A DNA stretch of 64,000 nucleotides from Eledone cirrhosa (GCA_964016885.1 OZ024755.1:40486001-40550000), one strand, 5' to 3'; shown: positions 1-13,643, counted from the stretch's first letter. A program made the numbers and translations. The notes: a model not told the origin generated them from the letters alone.

Positions 1-1464
1 GAAACTTGAAAATTTTGATGAGGGATTGGCTGAAGAGAAAAGTGTCTGTCTTCAGTCCTTTCAACCTGGTCCACCATACAACCTCTTTCGCAACTGCCGC
101 CAGACAGGAAAATTGCCTGCCCTTCCTGGCCAAAAGAAGGCGGCGGTTTGATCTTCACTATGGACTCGGCCAATAGCCGGATCCGTTCTACACGCGACAA
201 CAGCTGTTCGACATAATTCCACAAGTCAGTAATGCAGGGACACTGGACGAGTACGTGTAGAACGGTTTCGTCGCTCTGCGGGCATCTCAGGCAGATCCGT
301 CTGACAGCACTTCCGTGCTTGCAGAGTTTATCTCGAACCGGCAGTGCCCCTCCCTCCCCCCCCCCCCTGTAGCACTGCCAAGCGAGGGATTTTGGGAAAT
401 TATCCTTCGTCCCCGGCTCGAAAGTTCTCCGAAACAGACTGGTCAGTTCGACTTCGCCGACGCCTAGAACAGCTCCGAGTGCGTTGTCGCACTTGCCCAC
501 TACTAATCTTCTATAGCACTCAAGAGTTGGGGTTCACTGACCGCATTGCCCGCCTGGTAGTGGGCAGTGAGTGTCTGGCAACATTCCAGATGCCATTCAC
601 CCAGTCTCGGTCTCTTCTTGACCCAGGACTGCAGCTCAGTCAAAGAGACGAGCTGCGCAAAGGCCTGTCTCACAAACGGCGACCACACCTGTTCACCGTT
701 TAGGCAGAATATCTGCAGATGTCGCAGCCTCAGCGCATGTCTGCGCATCATTAGCCACGGCATGTTCAGCCCTCCACGTAGAGGGTGCTAGCAGCAGATG
801 GACCGCCTCACCAACAGACCCTATCCCTTCCACAAAATTTGAAGAGGAGCCGATCCAAGCTGGCAAGGTGCGGACAGGGACAAGGGACGAGGGTTAGGCG
901 GTAGTAGATGTCGGACGCGATGTACGCGTTCACAACCTCCGCCCGACCTTTCAGTGATAGCTTCCTTGCAGCCGATTTCTGGGTAAGACTGGCTACCCTG
1001 CCCGTCACCTCGTCCTAATACTTATCCGCCTGGAGGTCTGGCCCGAACTAAACACCTAGCAACTTTACCGGTCCGTTCAGCGCCCAGCGACGCTGTTGGA
1101 CGGCATGGACTTGCCTCTCCAGGTGCCGAGTTGCAAGCCCACCGACTTTTCCGAATTAAGTTTTGCTCCCATCAACCGTTCATATTCCTCCAATAAGTTG
1201 CCGACCACCTCGATTTCCGAGGTGTCCGACGCATAAGTCAACACATCCTTTCCGTGTCACGATTCGAGCGGGATGCCCTGCAACAGCTCCAGCTTCCGCA
1301 GTAAAGGCTCAAGAGCCAATGCGGAGAGAGAGGGCACCCTTGAAGGAGCGATCTGGAGATCTGAAACGGTTCCGAGAGGTGGCCATTAACTTTGACGACA
1401 GAGCAGATGCCGCTGTGCACTGCAGCGATCCAGCTTCTGAAGACGGGGCCGAAGCCAGCTGCCT
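1..1464 (-). pseudogene. Degenerate Tx1/L1-clade LINE ORF2 fragment (RT C-terminal half plus Zn-finger region)
   Basis: Collinear with 35468-36955 of the intact element. Peptides QGCPLS, RKLSLKGRAEV and MPWLMMRRHALRLRHLQ are retained but broken by frameshifts and deletions. Confidence 0.9.
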
Positions 1465-1489
1465 TCATGTATGTACGTATGTACACTGT

Positions 1490-2107
1490 CAGAGTTACCT
1501 CAGGTGATGGCGAGGCTGAGGTGTTGGAACAACCAAGCGCCTTAGCGAGATTCGCCAGTTACTTCTATTAGCCGAGCCGCCAGTGAAGAGAGGAACCTCG
1601 CAGTCAGTAGCCCAAACATCTCGAAAGCCACAGGCTGAAAAATGTAGCTGGCTGACAGATTGCAGTATTTGAGGGCCTTACTCCGTTCGGCTGCGGAAGC
1701 TGTAGCTCTCGTCTTAACCGCAGCATCCAGGATGTGGGAACAAGCAAAAGAGTCACTAACAATGACGTCCCAGACAAGGCACCTGCCTCTCGACCAGGGA
1801 CACAGGGTAAGGCTGTCAGGTCTTTTGCCGTCATTTCTGGACAACCAAGATGGTTCTAAGATTGAGGGGATGTTCGCCAGAGCCAAAGCTCTCTTGAGAA
1901 TGAGATTTAGCTCTGTGTGACGCGCAAAGCAGCCGGCATTCAGGCGGCAAGAAAGACCGTGGAGGCCTGTGGAGACGAGGAGTTTGCCGCATCGGCACCT
2001 CATACCCATGCAGACGTCAGGTCCCACTCTGAGGGCGATGGAGACACGAAGTTCGTCCAGGCTGAGTAGGCCACCAACTATGGCCACGAGTAGGGCATCA
2101 ACCCAGT
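1490..2107 (-). mobile_element. 5'-truncated CRE-like (R2-group) non-LTR retrotransposon, C-terminal restriction-like endonuclease domain
   Basis: ORF 1542-2141 contains CRCG...HGLSC...RH, EP...DGKRPD, WDV, and E..K..KY...FQPVAFE.FG, the Zn-knuckle plus PD-(D/E)xK layout of RLE elements. Confidence 0.8.
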
Positions 2108-2130
2108 TATATAAATATATATATATATAT

Positions 2131-2380
2131 ACGTATATCAATAATATTAATAAATGGAGGCTATCTTTGTGAAACCATATTTATTTTATTATATATATTT
2201 CAAGGGTACCAAAATTTTGGTACCCTTCAAATATATATAATGAAATAAGTGTGGTTTTGTAAAGATATTTTCCATTTATTAATATTATTGATATTATACT
2301 CCAGAAGAACGCTGTTGGGTGCTTCTAATCTGTTATAAATTAAATTTGTTGAATAATCAACAAATTAAATAACTCATTGC
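2131..2380. repeat. Palindromic PLE-end fragment in (TA)n, inversion centred near 2214
   Basis: Arms 2135-2213 and 2214-2293 are inverted. Related to 4790-4890 and 20520-20690. The centre gaagggtaccaaaattttggtacccttg-aaa corresponds to an HHR stem II/GAAA half. Confidence 0.65.
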
Positions 2381-2502
2381 TATATAGACGTTTATATATT
2401 TATATATACGTATATATATTTATGTATATATATATTTATATATACGTATATATATTTATGTATACGTATATATATTTATATATATATATATATTAATATA
2501 TA

Positions 2503-2542
2503 CTGAAGAGGTCACAGAGTGTGTGACGAAAGGACTATGACT
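2503..2542 (+). ncRNA. Hammerhead ribozyme family H1, 5' stem I lost at the (TA)n junction
   Basis: CTGAAGA-g-gtcac/gtgac-GAAA-ggac-TA-tgact. Same family as 22955 and 27644. Confidence 0.7.
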
Positions 2543-2843
2543 ATATATAAACAACTATCTGGTTGTGGAACCAACCAACCAACCAGAAATTTATAAATTT
2601 ATAAATTTGTAAATTTATAAGTATATAATAAATTGAAGTGAAAGTAACTGGTGAGTGTGTTTCTTATTGGCAACATGACCCTCCCAAAGTATAACAATAT
2701 ATATATATACATAACGATAAATTAACGGAGGCATAGACTCTCGTTATTCCCTGTCAATAATGTGCACAAATGAAAAGGAATCCTGAGCTCTTTAAAATAC
2801 AATATGTTGAGAGAGAGAGAGAGAGAGTTGAGGTGTGTAGACC

Positions 2844-2914
<71 letters not shown>

Positions 2915-2985
2915 TACGCTATCAATATAACAGGGAAAACCATCGGCGTATGGAATCTATAACAGTTTTTCCCCTCTCTCTCATT

Positions 2986-3016
<31 letters not shown>

Positions 3017-3301
3017 ACATACATTATAACACCTGTAGGTGAAATTTTATTCCTGAATCTTAGTGTGTGTGTATGTGTGGTGTGTATATATGTATGTATG
3101 TTGCATGTGTGTGTGTATGTGTGGCTATAGGTGCGACTACATGAATGTGTGTGTATTGTAGTATCTAGGTGCATATATGTAGTTATATAGACGTGCGTAT
3201 AACGGTTTCTATGCGTGTATATATTATATTATGCCATGGTTATATCTATATATATGTATATATATATATATTATTATGTAATAAACAACATAAGGCAATT
3301 A

Positions 3302-3361
3302 TTCCATTTACCAGTGGTTTCTTAAAAGCAAAAGGTTTTGCTTTCAATCCTCAGAATGAAA
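3302..3361 (-). ncRNA. Hammerhead ribozyme family H2
   Basis: Minus strand reads tttcatt CTGAGGA ttgaaagcaaaa-cc-ttttgcttttaa GAAA ccactgg TA aatggaa. Stems I, II and III all pair; GUA cleavage site. Confidence 0.85.
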
Positions 3362-4271
3362 AAATCCTGGTTTGTTTATTGAATTTGGATTTTAAAAAAC
3401 AAAAATGCAATCTATATGAAAGTGAGGCTGGAGAAGGAAGAAGGAAAGGAAAAATAAAATAAAACTACACATGCAAACACACACACAGAAACACAAAAGC
3501 ATACATACACGCACATACATATATATATATATATATACACATACACATATATATAAAACATACACTTATATACACATACACATACATACACATATACACA
3601 TACATACATTCATACATACACACACACACACACACATATATACACATATATATACATATATATGTATATATACACACATACACATACATATATATACATG
3701 TGTGTACAAGCATACACATACACAAACATGGCCATACACACACACGTATATACATACATACATTCACACAATCATACATATATACATACGTACATACATA
3801 CACATACATAAATGCACTCCTCTACATATTCACACACGCAAATAAATATAAGAAAAAAATATATAAATATTAAAAATGTTTGACACCGTTACATAAGGCA
3901 GCTAACTGGACAGACACGCGTGGTAAGTAATACACACAAATGCACGTATACATACGTACGAAATCGTAAACACATACACACACTCTCACACATAAATATA
4001 CATATACAAATACATAAACACATACATACACATACATGCACACACACACACACGTATACAATATATACACACACATATGTATATGTAATTATATACACAC
4101 ACGCATATATATATATATATATATACATAAATATAAACGCACACACACACACATATACATACATAGCTAAACAATTATACACATACAAATACGTACATAA
4201 CATAAACACGCCCAACCAAATACAAACACACACACACACACACACACATACATATAAACATACACATGCAT

Positions 4272-4368
<97 letters not shown>

Positions 4369-4496
4369 TACATATGCATACACATACACACACACATACA
4401 TGTGTGTATGTGTAAAACTCAGTCTTAGATAATTCATATGAACCTTACATATACGTATATATAGTAGTAAAGTAATAAAGCAACATAAGGCAATTA

Positions 4497-4556
4497 TTCC
4501 ATTCACCAGTGGTTTCTTAAAAGCAAAAAAGTTTTCCTTCAATCTTCAGAATGAAA
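4497..4556 (-). ncRNA. Degenerate H2 hammerhead copy
   Basis: CTGAAGA core but GUG at the cleavage triplet and a mismatched stem II. Confidence 0.6.
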
Positions 4557-4655
4557 AAAACCTGGTTTATCCACATATACATACATATACACACACAAAT
4601 ATATACATATATATACACACATACACATACACACACATACATATATATATATATA

Positions 4656-4703
<48 letters not shown>

Positions 4704-4716
4704 ATATATATATGTG

Positions 4717-4785
<69 letters not shown>

Positions 4786-4827
4786 GATATTAAATAAATG
4801 GAAACTATATTTATAAAACCATATTTA

Positions 4828-4889
4828 TTTCATTATATATATTTCAGGGATATCATATTAACAATATGTTATGCCTTCTTCAGACAAAA
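4828..4889 (-). ncRNA. Hammerhead ribozyme family H3
   Basis: Minus strand reads ttttgt CTGAAGA aggcataacatatt-gtt-aatatgatatccct GAAA tatata TA atgaaa. Palindromic stem III. Confidence 0.75.
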
Positions 4890-5089
4890 TACAATATAGA
4901 CAGTTTTATAAATAAATAGATTTGACATACCTTTCAACATCGACTTGTATTTGAAAAGTTGATTTGGCAGTGAAAAATTGTAAACAGAAAGAAAGAAAGA
5001 AAGGAGGAAAGAAAGAAATACTTGTTGAGTGCTTTTATATCAGTTATAAATATTTACTAGTTGTAACCCAACAATTTAAATATAACTTT

Positions 5090-5149
<60 letters not shown>

Positions 5150-5193
5150 AAGTTAAATAAAAGTCAAATGATTAAAATTTAGCTTCGTTTATT

Positions 5194-5248
5194 ACTGCTA
5201 TATATATTTCAGTGACAGCCATCTTTGGCTGTGACCTCTTCAGGCAGT
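5194..5248 (-). ncRNA. Hammerhead ribozyme family H4
   Basis: Minus strand reads actgc CTGAAGA ggtcacagcca-aaga-tggctgtcact GAAA tatata TA gcagt. Lies in a partly inverted island (5143-5197 versus 5357-5412). Confidence 0.85.
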
Positions 5249-5505
5249 TTGAATTAGTATGGTATAGACAAGTACATATGTTGTTTAGGTGTATGATATT
5301 GTCAATATTCTGATATGCCCAGTTCCTTGTTGGGTTGTTAATTCACTGGGGAACTGGAGTAATAAACGAAGCTAAATTTTAATCATTTGACTTTTATTTA
5401 ACTTTATTTTACACTACTCCGGAGTAACCAAACCAACCTGCGCACTTCGTCGAGTGCTCCAGCCTGCATACTGAGGTGTTGGTATACAACGAACATAAAC
5501 TCAAA

Positions 5506-5566
<61 letters not shown>

Positions 5567-5889
5567 CGTGGTTGTAAGTGCGTATATATGTATGCGTGTG
5601 AGAGTGTATATGTACATGTGCGTGTGTGGTGCGCGTGTGTGTATATACGTGTGTGTGTGTGTATGTGCATGTGCGTTGGTGGTGCGTATAATTATGTATG
5701 TGTGTATGTATATGTGTATCAACTGTATATAAATATATATATATATATATATACGTGGTTGTAAGTGCGTATATATGTATGCGTGTGAGTGTGTATATGT
5801 ACATGTGCGTGTGTGGTGCGCGTGTGTGTATATACATGTTTGTAAGTGTGTGTGTATGTGCATGTGTGTATGTATATGTGTATCAAGTG

Positions 5890-5942
<53 letters not shown>

Positions 5943-6512
5943 GTGGTTGGAAGTGCGTATATATGTATGCGTGTGAGAGTGTATATGTACATGTGCGTGT
6001 GTGGTGCGCGTGTGTGTATGTACCTGTTTATAAGTGTGTGTGTATGTGCGTATAATTATGTTTGTGGTGCGTATAATTATGTATGTGTGCGTATAATTAA
6101 GTATATGTGTATGTATATATGTGTGTGTGTGTGTGTGTGTGTATGTGTGCATGTATAAGTTTGTATGTGTGCGTGTTTGTGTGTCTGTTATGTATGATTT
6201 TATTAAAACACTTAATGCCACTAATTTTCTACAATAACATATATTCACTGTCAGTGATGCATGCATTAATCTGCTAAGACAGGTTTCATTCTATTTCATA
6301 TAACTCTCCATTGCAACAGAAAACTTATTTAATGTTGCTGACATCTGGCTAATTGTAGATAGTACTATGTAATAATTCTGTTCAGCTTTGATTAGAGGCC
6401 AACATTTAAGCAGCCATATTGTTTGTGTTACAGAACAACAATACTGAGAAGACATTCTCTTAGTTTCTTTGGTTTCCGACATTTTCTAACACCTCTTCAT
6501 TGATAGATAGAG

Positions 6513-6616
<104 letters not shown>

Positions 6617-6659
6617 TTCTTTATTATAGATATCTTTCTTTATAGAGATAGATAGATAG

Positions 6660-7375
6660 ATATCTTTCTTTATTTGCCACAGGGGCGTACAAAAATGGGA
6701 CATTACAAGACGTGACGGCGCGGGTTTTACATAAAAATCATATAACTTTAACATTAATAAATAAAAATAAACTATATATAAAATAAAAAAACAATCGAAA
6801 TCCCCAATAGGGGGAGACATTAATGCAGGGTTGTTTTACACCCCGTGGATAGAATAACCCTCAACACCAGGTTTTGTAGGTGTTCCCGTCTTCCCTCTGT
6901 TTGTCTTCCTCAACCTACAGGTTTATATACAGAGAAGGCCCATTCACTCGGGCCATTTTCGCCACATTCAACCACTTTTCAGCGAATTTACTGGGGTGTA
7001 GCACCTCTCTCTCCACTCTCACCTTCCTTCTGAAGTGGTATTTAAAGAAGGGGATAAGTGTTGTCCAGAGAGAAAGGTGTTTGCCCTCAGTCCTTTTAAC
7101 CTCGTCCACCATATTACCTCTTTCGCCATAGCCACCAGACATAGGAAAACCGCGTCTCCTTCATTCTTAAATGAAGGCGCCGGAGTGATCCTCACGATGG
7201 ACTCGGCTGACAACTGGATACGTCCCACATGTGACAGTAGCTGTTCGACATAATTCTACAGGTCGCTCACTTATCCTCCACTAATCCCCTATAGAATGTC
7301 GAAGTGGAGTTTCCGCTGATTTCCATTTCCGCTTGATAGAGGGCTGTGAGCACCTGAAGGCACTCGAAGTGCCAG
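6660..7375 (-). mobile_element. 5'-truncated Tx1-clade LINE (3' end of ORF2 plus 3' UTR), flanked by (GATA)n
   Basis: Peptides RIQLSAESIV, KEVIWWTRLKGL and KVRVEREVL...WLNVAKMAR are homologous to the ORF2 C-terminus. The 3' end gtggcaaataaagaaaga abuts (TATC)n. Confidence 0.85.
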
Positions 7376-7429
7376 ATACACACATAGATAGATGTAGATA
7401 GATAAATAGATAGATAGCTAGATAGATAG

Positions 7430-8540
7430 ATGTCTTTATTTGCCACAAGAGCGCACAAGAAAAGGAGACAATACAAAGACACATGCCGGGGGATTTTACA
7501 TACAGTCGTATAAAAATATTATTAAAACAAACAAATTTAACAATCGAAATCCCCAATAGGGAGGAGGCGTTACAAATGGGTTGTTTAATACCCCGTCAAT
7601 AGAACAACCTCAACTCCAAGAGCATGTTGTACAAGTGCTTCTTTCTTCCTTTTGCCCTCTTCTTCAACCTACAGGTTTATATACAGAGAATGCCCAATTA
7701 CTCGGGCCATTTTTGTTACATTCACCCACCTTTCATTAAATTTACTGGGGTGCAGTGCCTCTCTCTCTAAAGAAGAGAATGAGTAGTTGTCCGGAGAGAA
7801 AGGCATCTGTCCTCAGTCCTCTCAATCTCGTCCACCATATAACCTCTTTTACCATAGCCAGTATACAGAGGAAAACCGCCTCTCTTTCGTTTTTGAAAGA
7901 AGGTGGCGGTTTGATCCTTACTATGGACTCGGCAGTCAACTGGATTTGACCAATACGCGACAGCAGTTGTTCTGCGTAGTCCCACAGGCCGGTTACGTCC
8001 GAGCAGTGTACAATTGCGTGCAGGACGGTTTCAATGGCCTGCTCGCATCTTGGACACGTCTTCTTGCAAGGATCCCTGCCGGAGCGTCCGTGCCTGTAGA
8101 TCTTGTCTCGAACTGGTAGAGCTCCTCGGGCGGAAAGTCTCAAACTGGTGAGCTCGTCGTTTTCGACGCCTAGAGTCTCTCCGAGCCTGTCGTCACACTT
8201 GTAACGTACTAACCCTCTATAGAATGTCGAAGTGGAGTCTTCGCTGATTGTTGTGCCCGCCTGGCAGAGGACTGTGAGCGCCTGAGTGCATTAAATGTTC
8301 CAGGCGCCCATTTTTTACGGTCTCTGCTTGACCCAGGACTGCAGCTCCGTCAGCGAGACAAGTTGCGGGAAGGCCTGTCTCACAAACGGTGCCCACACCG
8401 GTTGGTCGATGAGGAATACCTGGAGATGCCGTAGCATCAGCGCATGTTTGCGCATCATCAGCCACGGCATTCCCAGCCTTCCGCTGGAAGGGTGCTGACA
8501 GCAGACGGATCTCCTCACCAGTGGGGCCTGCTTCTTCTAA
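7430..8540 (-). mobile_element. 5'-truncated Tx1-clade LINE, different subfamily, flanked by (GATA)n on both sides
   Basis: Peptides CCQHP..GRLGMPWLMMR, GALPVRDK and CPRC...ETVLHA..HC, with internal deletions. Confidence 0.85.
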
Positions 8541-8704
8541 AGGAACTAGATAGATAGATAGATAGACTGACAGACGGGCAGATATATATAGTCATAATTA
8601 TAAATATAAAGTAATAATTACATAGGGATGGTATGTAGTAGTTCTTATTCTATATTGAATTATTTCAGAATTTCATATATCTGATAAATGACTTAACGAT
8701 GCAG

Positions 8705-9115
8705 GGCATATGACTTGATCTGAGACTGTGTTGTACATCTCCAGCAAATGACTTGATCTGAGACTGTGTTGTACATGTATGGCAAGTGACTTGATCTGAG
8801 ACTGTGTTGTACATGTCTAGCAGGTGACTTGATCTGAGACTGTGTTATACATGTCTGGTGGGTGACTTGATCTGAGAATGTGTTGTACATATCTAGCAGA
8901 TGACTTGATCTGAGACTGTGTGTACATGTCTGGTAGGTGACTTGATCTGAGACTGTGTTGTACAAGTCTGGAAAGTGACTTGATCTGAGACTGTGTTGTA
9001 CATGCCTGACAGATGACTTGATCTGAGACTGTGTTGTTCATGTCTAGCAGGTGACTTGATCTGAGACTGTGTTGTACATGTCTGACAGATGACTTGATCT
9101 GAGACTGTGTTGCAT
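8705..9115. repeat. 38-bp minisatellite, about 11 copies
   Basis: gacttgatctgagactgtgttgtacat recurs at 8712, 8750, 8788 and onward. Confidence 0.9.
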
Positions 9116-9534
9116 CTGATTTCAATTACAGTGTCGAAGTATTTTGTTAGCCACAGTTGTATTTCATCTGTGTTTTGAAACTAAAACAATTACTTCATAG
9201 AAGAATCATGTTGTAAACCATTTAAAAAATACACCAAATTTGTTATCCTTACTTTGTGTTGATCATATTATCTGGTGTCAAATTTTGTCAGACAGTCTAC
9301 GACCTCATGTTGAGAATTTTAACACCAAGAAATATAATGTTTTTGTTAATATAATGTTTTTGTTTGTTTTTATATCGCCAAAATGATTCTTCCCCGCTGT
9401 AATAGAATTATTTATTTTATATCTCTAGTTTTTTTTTACTTCTAAATATTGATTGAAAATGATATCATGTTCTCTAATAGGTCCTGATGCAGGAACATTG
9501 TATACAATCAGTGTATTCATGAGTGTATTAAACA

Positions 9535-11185
9535 ATACACACTGTAAAGTATTAGTGTTACGATAAATTACACCCAGTACACTCTGTAAAGTATTAGTGC
9601 TACGATAAATTACACCCAGTACATTCTGTAAAGTATTGGTACTGCAATAAATTACACCCAGTACACTCTGTAAAGTATTGGTGCTGCAATAAATTACACC
9701 CAGTACACTCTGTAAAGTATTGGTGCTTCAATAAATTACACCCAGTACACTCTGTAAAGTATTGGTGCTGCAATAAATTACACCCAGTACACTCTGTATA
9801 GTATTGGTGCTGCAATAAATTACATCCAGTACACTCAGTAAAGTGGTAGTGGTGATGCTACAATATAATACACCCAGTACACTCTGTAAAGTGGTAGTGT
9901 TGGTGGCACAATAAAATACACCCAGTACACTCTGTAATGTGGTAGTGTTGGTGTCATGATTAAATACACCCAGTACACTCTGTAAAGTGGTAGTGTTGGT
10001 GTCATGATATAATACACCCAGTACACTCTGTAAAGTGGTAGTGTTGGTGGCACAATAAAATACACCCAGTACACTCTGTAATGAGGTAATGTTGGTGTCA
10101 TGATAAAATACACCCAGTACACTCTGTAAAGTAGTAGTGTTGGTGTCATGATATAATACACCCAGTACACTCTGTAAAGTGGTGGTGCTGGTGTCATGAT
10201 AAAATACACCCAGTACACTCTGTAAAGTAGTAGTGTTGGTGTCATGATATAATACACCCAGTACACTCTGTAAAGTGGTAGTGCTGGTTGCACAATAAAA
10301 TACAGCCAGTACACTCTGTAATGAGGTAATGTTGGTGTCATGATAAAATACACCCAGTACACTCTGTAAAGTGGTAGTGTTGGTGTCATGATATAATACA
10401 CCCAGTACACTCTGTAAAGTGGTAGTGTTGGTGGCACAATAAAATACACCCAGTACACTCTGTAATGAGGTAATGTTGGTGTCATGACAAAATACACCCA
10501 GTACACTCTGTAAAGTAGTAGTGTTGGTGTCATGATATAATACACCCAGTACACTCCGTAAAGTGGTGGTGCTGGTGTCATGATAAAATACACCCAGTAC
10601 ACTCTGTAAAGTAGTAGTGTTGGTGTCATGATATAATACACCCAGTACACTCTGTAAAGTGGTAGTGTTGGTGGCACAATAAAATACACCCAGTACACTC
10701 TGTAATGAGGTAATGTTGGTGTCATGATAAAATACACCCAGTACACTCTGTAAAGTAGTAGTGTTGGTGTCATGATATAATACACCCAGTACACTCTGTA
10801 AAGTGGTGGTGCTGGTGTCATGATAAAATACACCCAGTACACTCTGTAAAGTAGTAGTGTTGGTGTCATGATATAATATACCCAGTACACTCTGTAAAGT
10901 AGTAGTGCTGGTTGCACAATAAAATACAGCCAGTACACTCTGTAATGAGGTAATGTTGGTGTCATGATATAATACACCCAGTACACTCTGTAAAGTAGTA
11001 GTGCTGGTTGCACAATAAAATACAGCCAGTACACTCTGTAATGAGGTAATGTTGGTGTCATGATAAAATACACCCAGTACACTCTGTAAAGTGGTAGTGT
11101 TGGTGTCATGATATAATACACCCAGTACACTCTGTAAAGTGGTAGTGCTGGTTGCACAATAAAATACAGCCAGTACACTCTGTAA
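9535..11185. repeat. Minisatellite with 42-bp units (9535-9835) changing to 48-bp units (9835-11185)
   Basis: Shared core cacccagtacactctgtaaagt. The spurious ORFs show 14-aa and 16-aa periodicity. Confidence 0.9.
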
Positions 11186-11902
11186 GATGATGATGATGAC
11201 GATGAAGAAGGAGATGATGACGATGATGATGGTGATGGTGATGGTGATGGTGATGGTGGTGGTGATGATGACGACGACGATGTGATGATGATGATGACGA
11301 CGACGATGATAATAATGGTGATAATGATGATGATAGTGATGATGACAATTAATTACATCTGTAGCAACAACTGGACTTCAATTGCCAGATGACTTCCAGA
11401 TAACCAGCGATGTTTTCCCTGGCTCTAATGAACCGTACATAACTACCTTTCTCTACCTGTTCACGTGGCGGCTGTGTCTGTCACTGTGGCTGTGTGTGTA
11501 TGCGTGTGTTTGTGTGTGTATGCGCGTGTGTGTAAGTGTGTCTGGGTGTGTGTCTCTGTGTGTCTGTGTATGCGTGTATCTATCTTCTGTGTGTGTATCT
11601 GTGTATGTGTGTGTGTCTGTGTATGTGTGTGTGTCTGTGTATGTGTGAGTGTGTGTATGTGTGAGTGTATCTGTGTGTGTGTCTCTGTATGTGTGTGTGT
11701 GTGTGTGTGTGTCTGTGTATGTGTGAGTGAGTGTATGAATTATTTAATAATCCATATCTTAGTAAACTCTAATACCACAGAATAACAACAACAACAACAA
11801 CAATAACAATAACAATAACAATAACGACAACAACAACAATAACAACAACAGCAACAACAACAACATCAGCAACAATAACAGCAACAACAACAACAATAAT
11901 AA

Positions 11903-12087
11903 CTGTTTCTACTTTTGGCAAAAGGCCAGCAATTACCCAGTACATCAGTACATTACTGGTACTTTATTTTATCGACCCCCGTAAGGATGAAAGGCCAAGT
12001 TAACCTCGGCTGGATTTGAACTCAGATCGTAAAGGGACGTAACTATGCTGGAAAGCATGTCCGACCCTCTACCGATACTGCCAATTC
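11903..12087 (-). mobile_element. tRNA-derived SINE (Meta-domain-like core)
   Basis: A-box tggcagtatcgg, B-box gagttcaaatcc, core gcctttcatccttacggggtcgataaaataaagtaccag. Multiple copies in the window. Confidence 0.85.
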
Positions 12088-12416
12088 AACAACAGCAACA
12101 ACAACAACAACATTATTACATATGTGAAATATCAACCTAGGAATCCATTACCAAAGAAGTATTGCCACAGAGGATTATAATAAATTTTCCAGTAATGTCG
12201 TTTCGTTATATTTGAAAATATGTTGGACTGGACACGACGCCATCATTTGCTTTTAATAACCTCCAGGCAAGACAGTTTACTTCGAAACCCAACAACTTTT
12301 ATTAAATATCTGTCTGTCTATCAATATGTCTATCTATCTCTCTCTCTGTATATCTATCTATCTGTTGTTTATCTATCTAGCTATCTAGCTATCTATCTAT
12401 CTATCTATCTATCCAT

Positions 12417-12730
12417 CAATGTGGCGAAAATGGCCCGAATGAATGGCCTTCTCTGTATATAAACCTGTAGGTTGAGGAAGATAAACAGAGGGAAGACGGG
12501 AACACCTACAAAATGTGTTCCTGGTGTTGAGGGTTGTTCTATCCACGGCGTGTAAAACAACCCCACAGTAGCGTTACACCCCCCCCCCCCCTAACGGGGT
12601 TTTCAATTGTTTTATTTTTATATAGTTTATTGTTATTTATCATTGTTAAATATTTTATGTATAACCCCCGCCGTTACGTCTTGTAATCACCCATTTTTGT
12701 TCGCCCATGTGGCTGGCAAATAAAGAAAGA
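12417..12730 (+). mobile_element. Short 3' fragment of Tx1-clade LINE within (CTAT)n
   Basis: NVAKMARMNG plus a 3' UTR that is an inverted homologue of 6660-6970. Confidence 0.85.
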
Positions 12731-12765
12731 TATCTATCTATTTATCTATCAATGAAGAGGTGTTA

Positions 12766-12829
<64 letters not shown>

Positions 12830-12859
12830 AAATCAAAAGATGGTTAAAAGAGTTCCATG

Positions 12860-12930
12860 TATTTTATTATGCGCATTTCAAAAACAAATATCATCATGGG
12901 ATGATATTTGCGTTCTCATCAGATAAAATA
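12860..12930 (-). ncRNA. Hammerhead ribozyme family H5
   Basis: Minus strand reads tattttat CTGATGA gaacgcaaatatcatc-ccat-gatgatatttgttttt GAAA tgcgca TA ataaaata. 8-bp stem I, palindromic stem III. Confidence 0.88.
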
Positions 12931-13342
12931 GGGAGACATGATATGAAACTTAAAAAACACTTGCGAGCAGTGAAGTGTTAAATCAACATATGAAAAATAA
13001 AATAAGAAGGATATATGAGTTTGGAAAAAAGGAAAGGAAGGAGGAAAGAAAAGATAAGGAAGAGGAAGAAAAATATCATATATATATATCTCCCCACTCC
13101 ACCCGCCACCACCCCTACACACTCCACACCCTTCCACCACCTGTTTTACCCCTTTTTAATTTCCGTTTATTTTGATCATGCTTTTATATTTATTTTTATT
13201 TCATTTCATTTTATTTTGATCATGCTTTATTTTTATTTTTATTTTTAATTTCGTTCACACCGTTTCCTCCCACCCCCTTTTCGCTATATGTCTCTCCACC
13301 ACTCCACTACACACCCTTTGAACTCTCTTCCCACACACTTCT

Positions 13343-13376
13343 CAACTGAGGAAGGGCTTATGCCCGAAACGTCGTT
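13343..13376 (+). ncRNA. Minimal hammerhead-like motif H6 inside a ~370-bp insertion (13090-13465)
   Basis: CTGAGGA-a-gggc-ttat-gccc-GAAAC-GTC with weak stem I. The insertion is absent from the sister copies at 21430 and 23700. Confidence 0.55.
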
Positions 13377-13643
13377 CCCCACCACCACCCCACTCTCCAG
13401 AGCGTGAAATTAATAAACATTCGTTGTACTGCCTCTCTGTTTTGTTCCTGTTCAAATTTTCCATTATATATATATCAGTGTCTATATATATATATGTCAG
13501 TGTCCATCTCTATATATATAAAATTCTTTGTCTGCCTGTCTGCAAAGAAGACAAAATAAAATGAACAAATAAATAAATAAATATATAAACAGACTAAATA
13601 AAGATGGCGTAGAAAATACAATGTAAAGGGAGGAAACAATAGC

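Noticed and set aside
8705-9115. CRISPR-like look: constant ~30 bp plus a variable ~8 bp
   Set aside because: The variable parts are short and mutually related, there are no cas genes, and the context is eukaryotic. This is a minisatellite.
9835-11178. 447-aa hydrophobic repeat ORF
   Set aside because: Translation of a 48-bp minisatellite.
11350-11470. Possible small host exon (similar candidates near 3880-3925 and 63437-63465)
   Set aside because: Only splice-like dinucleotides, with no recognisable peptide. RNA-seq would be needed.
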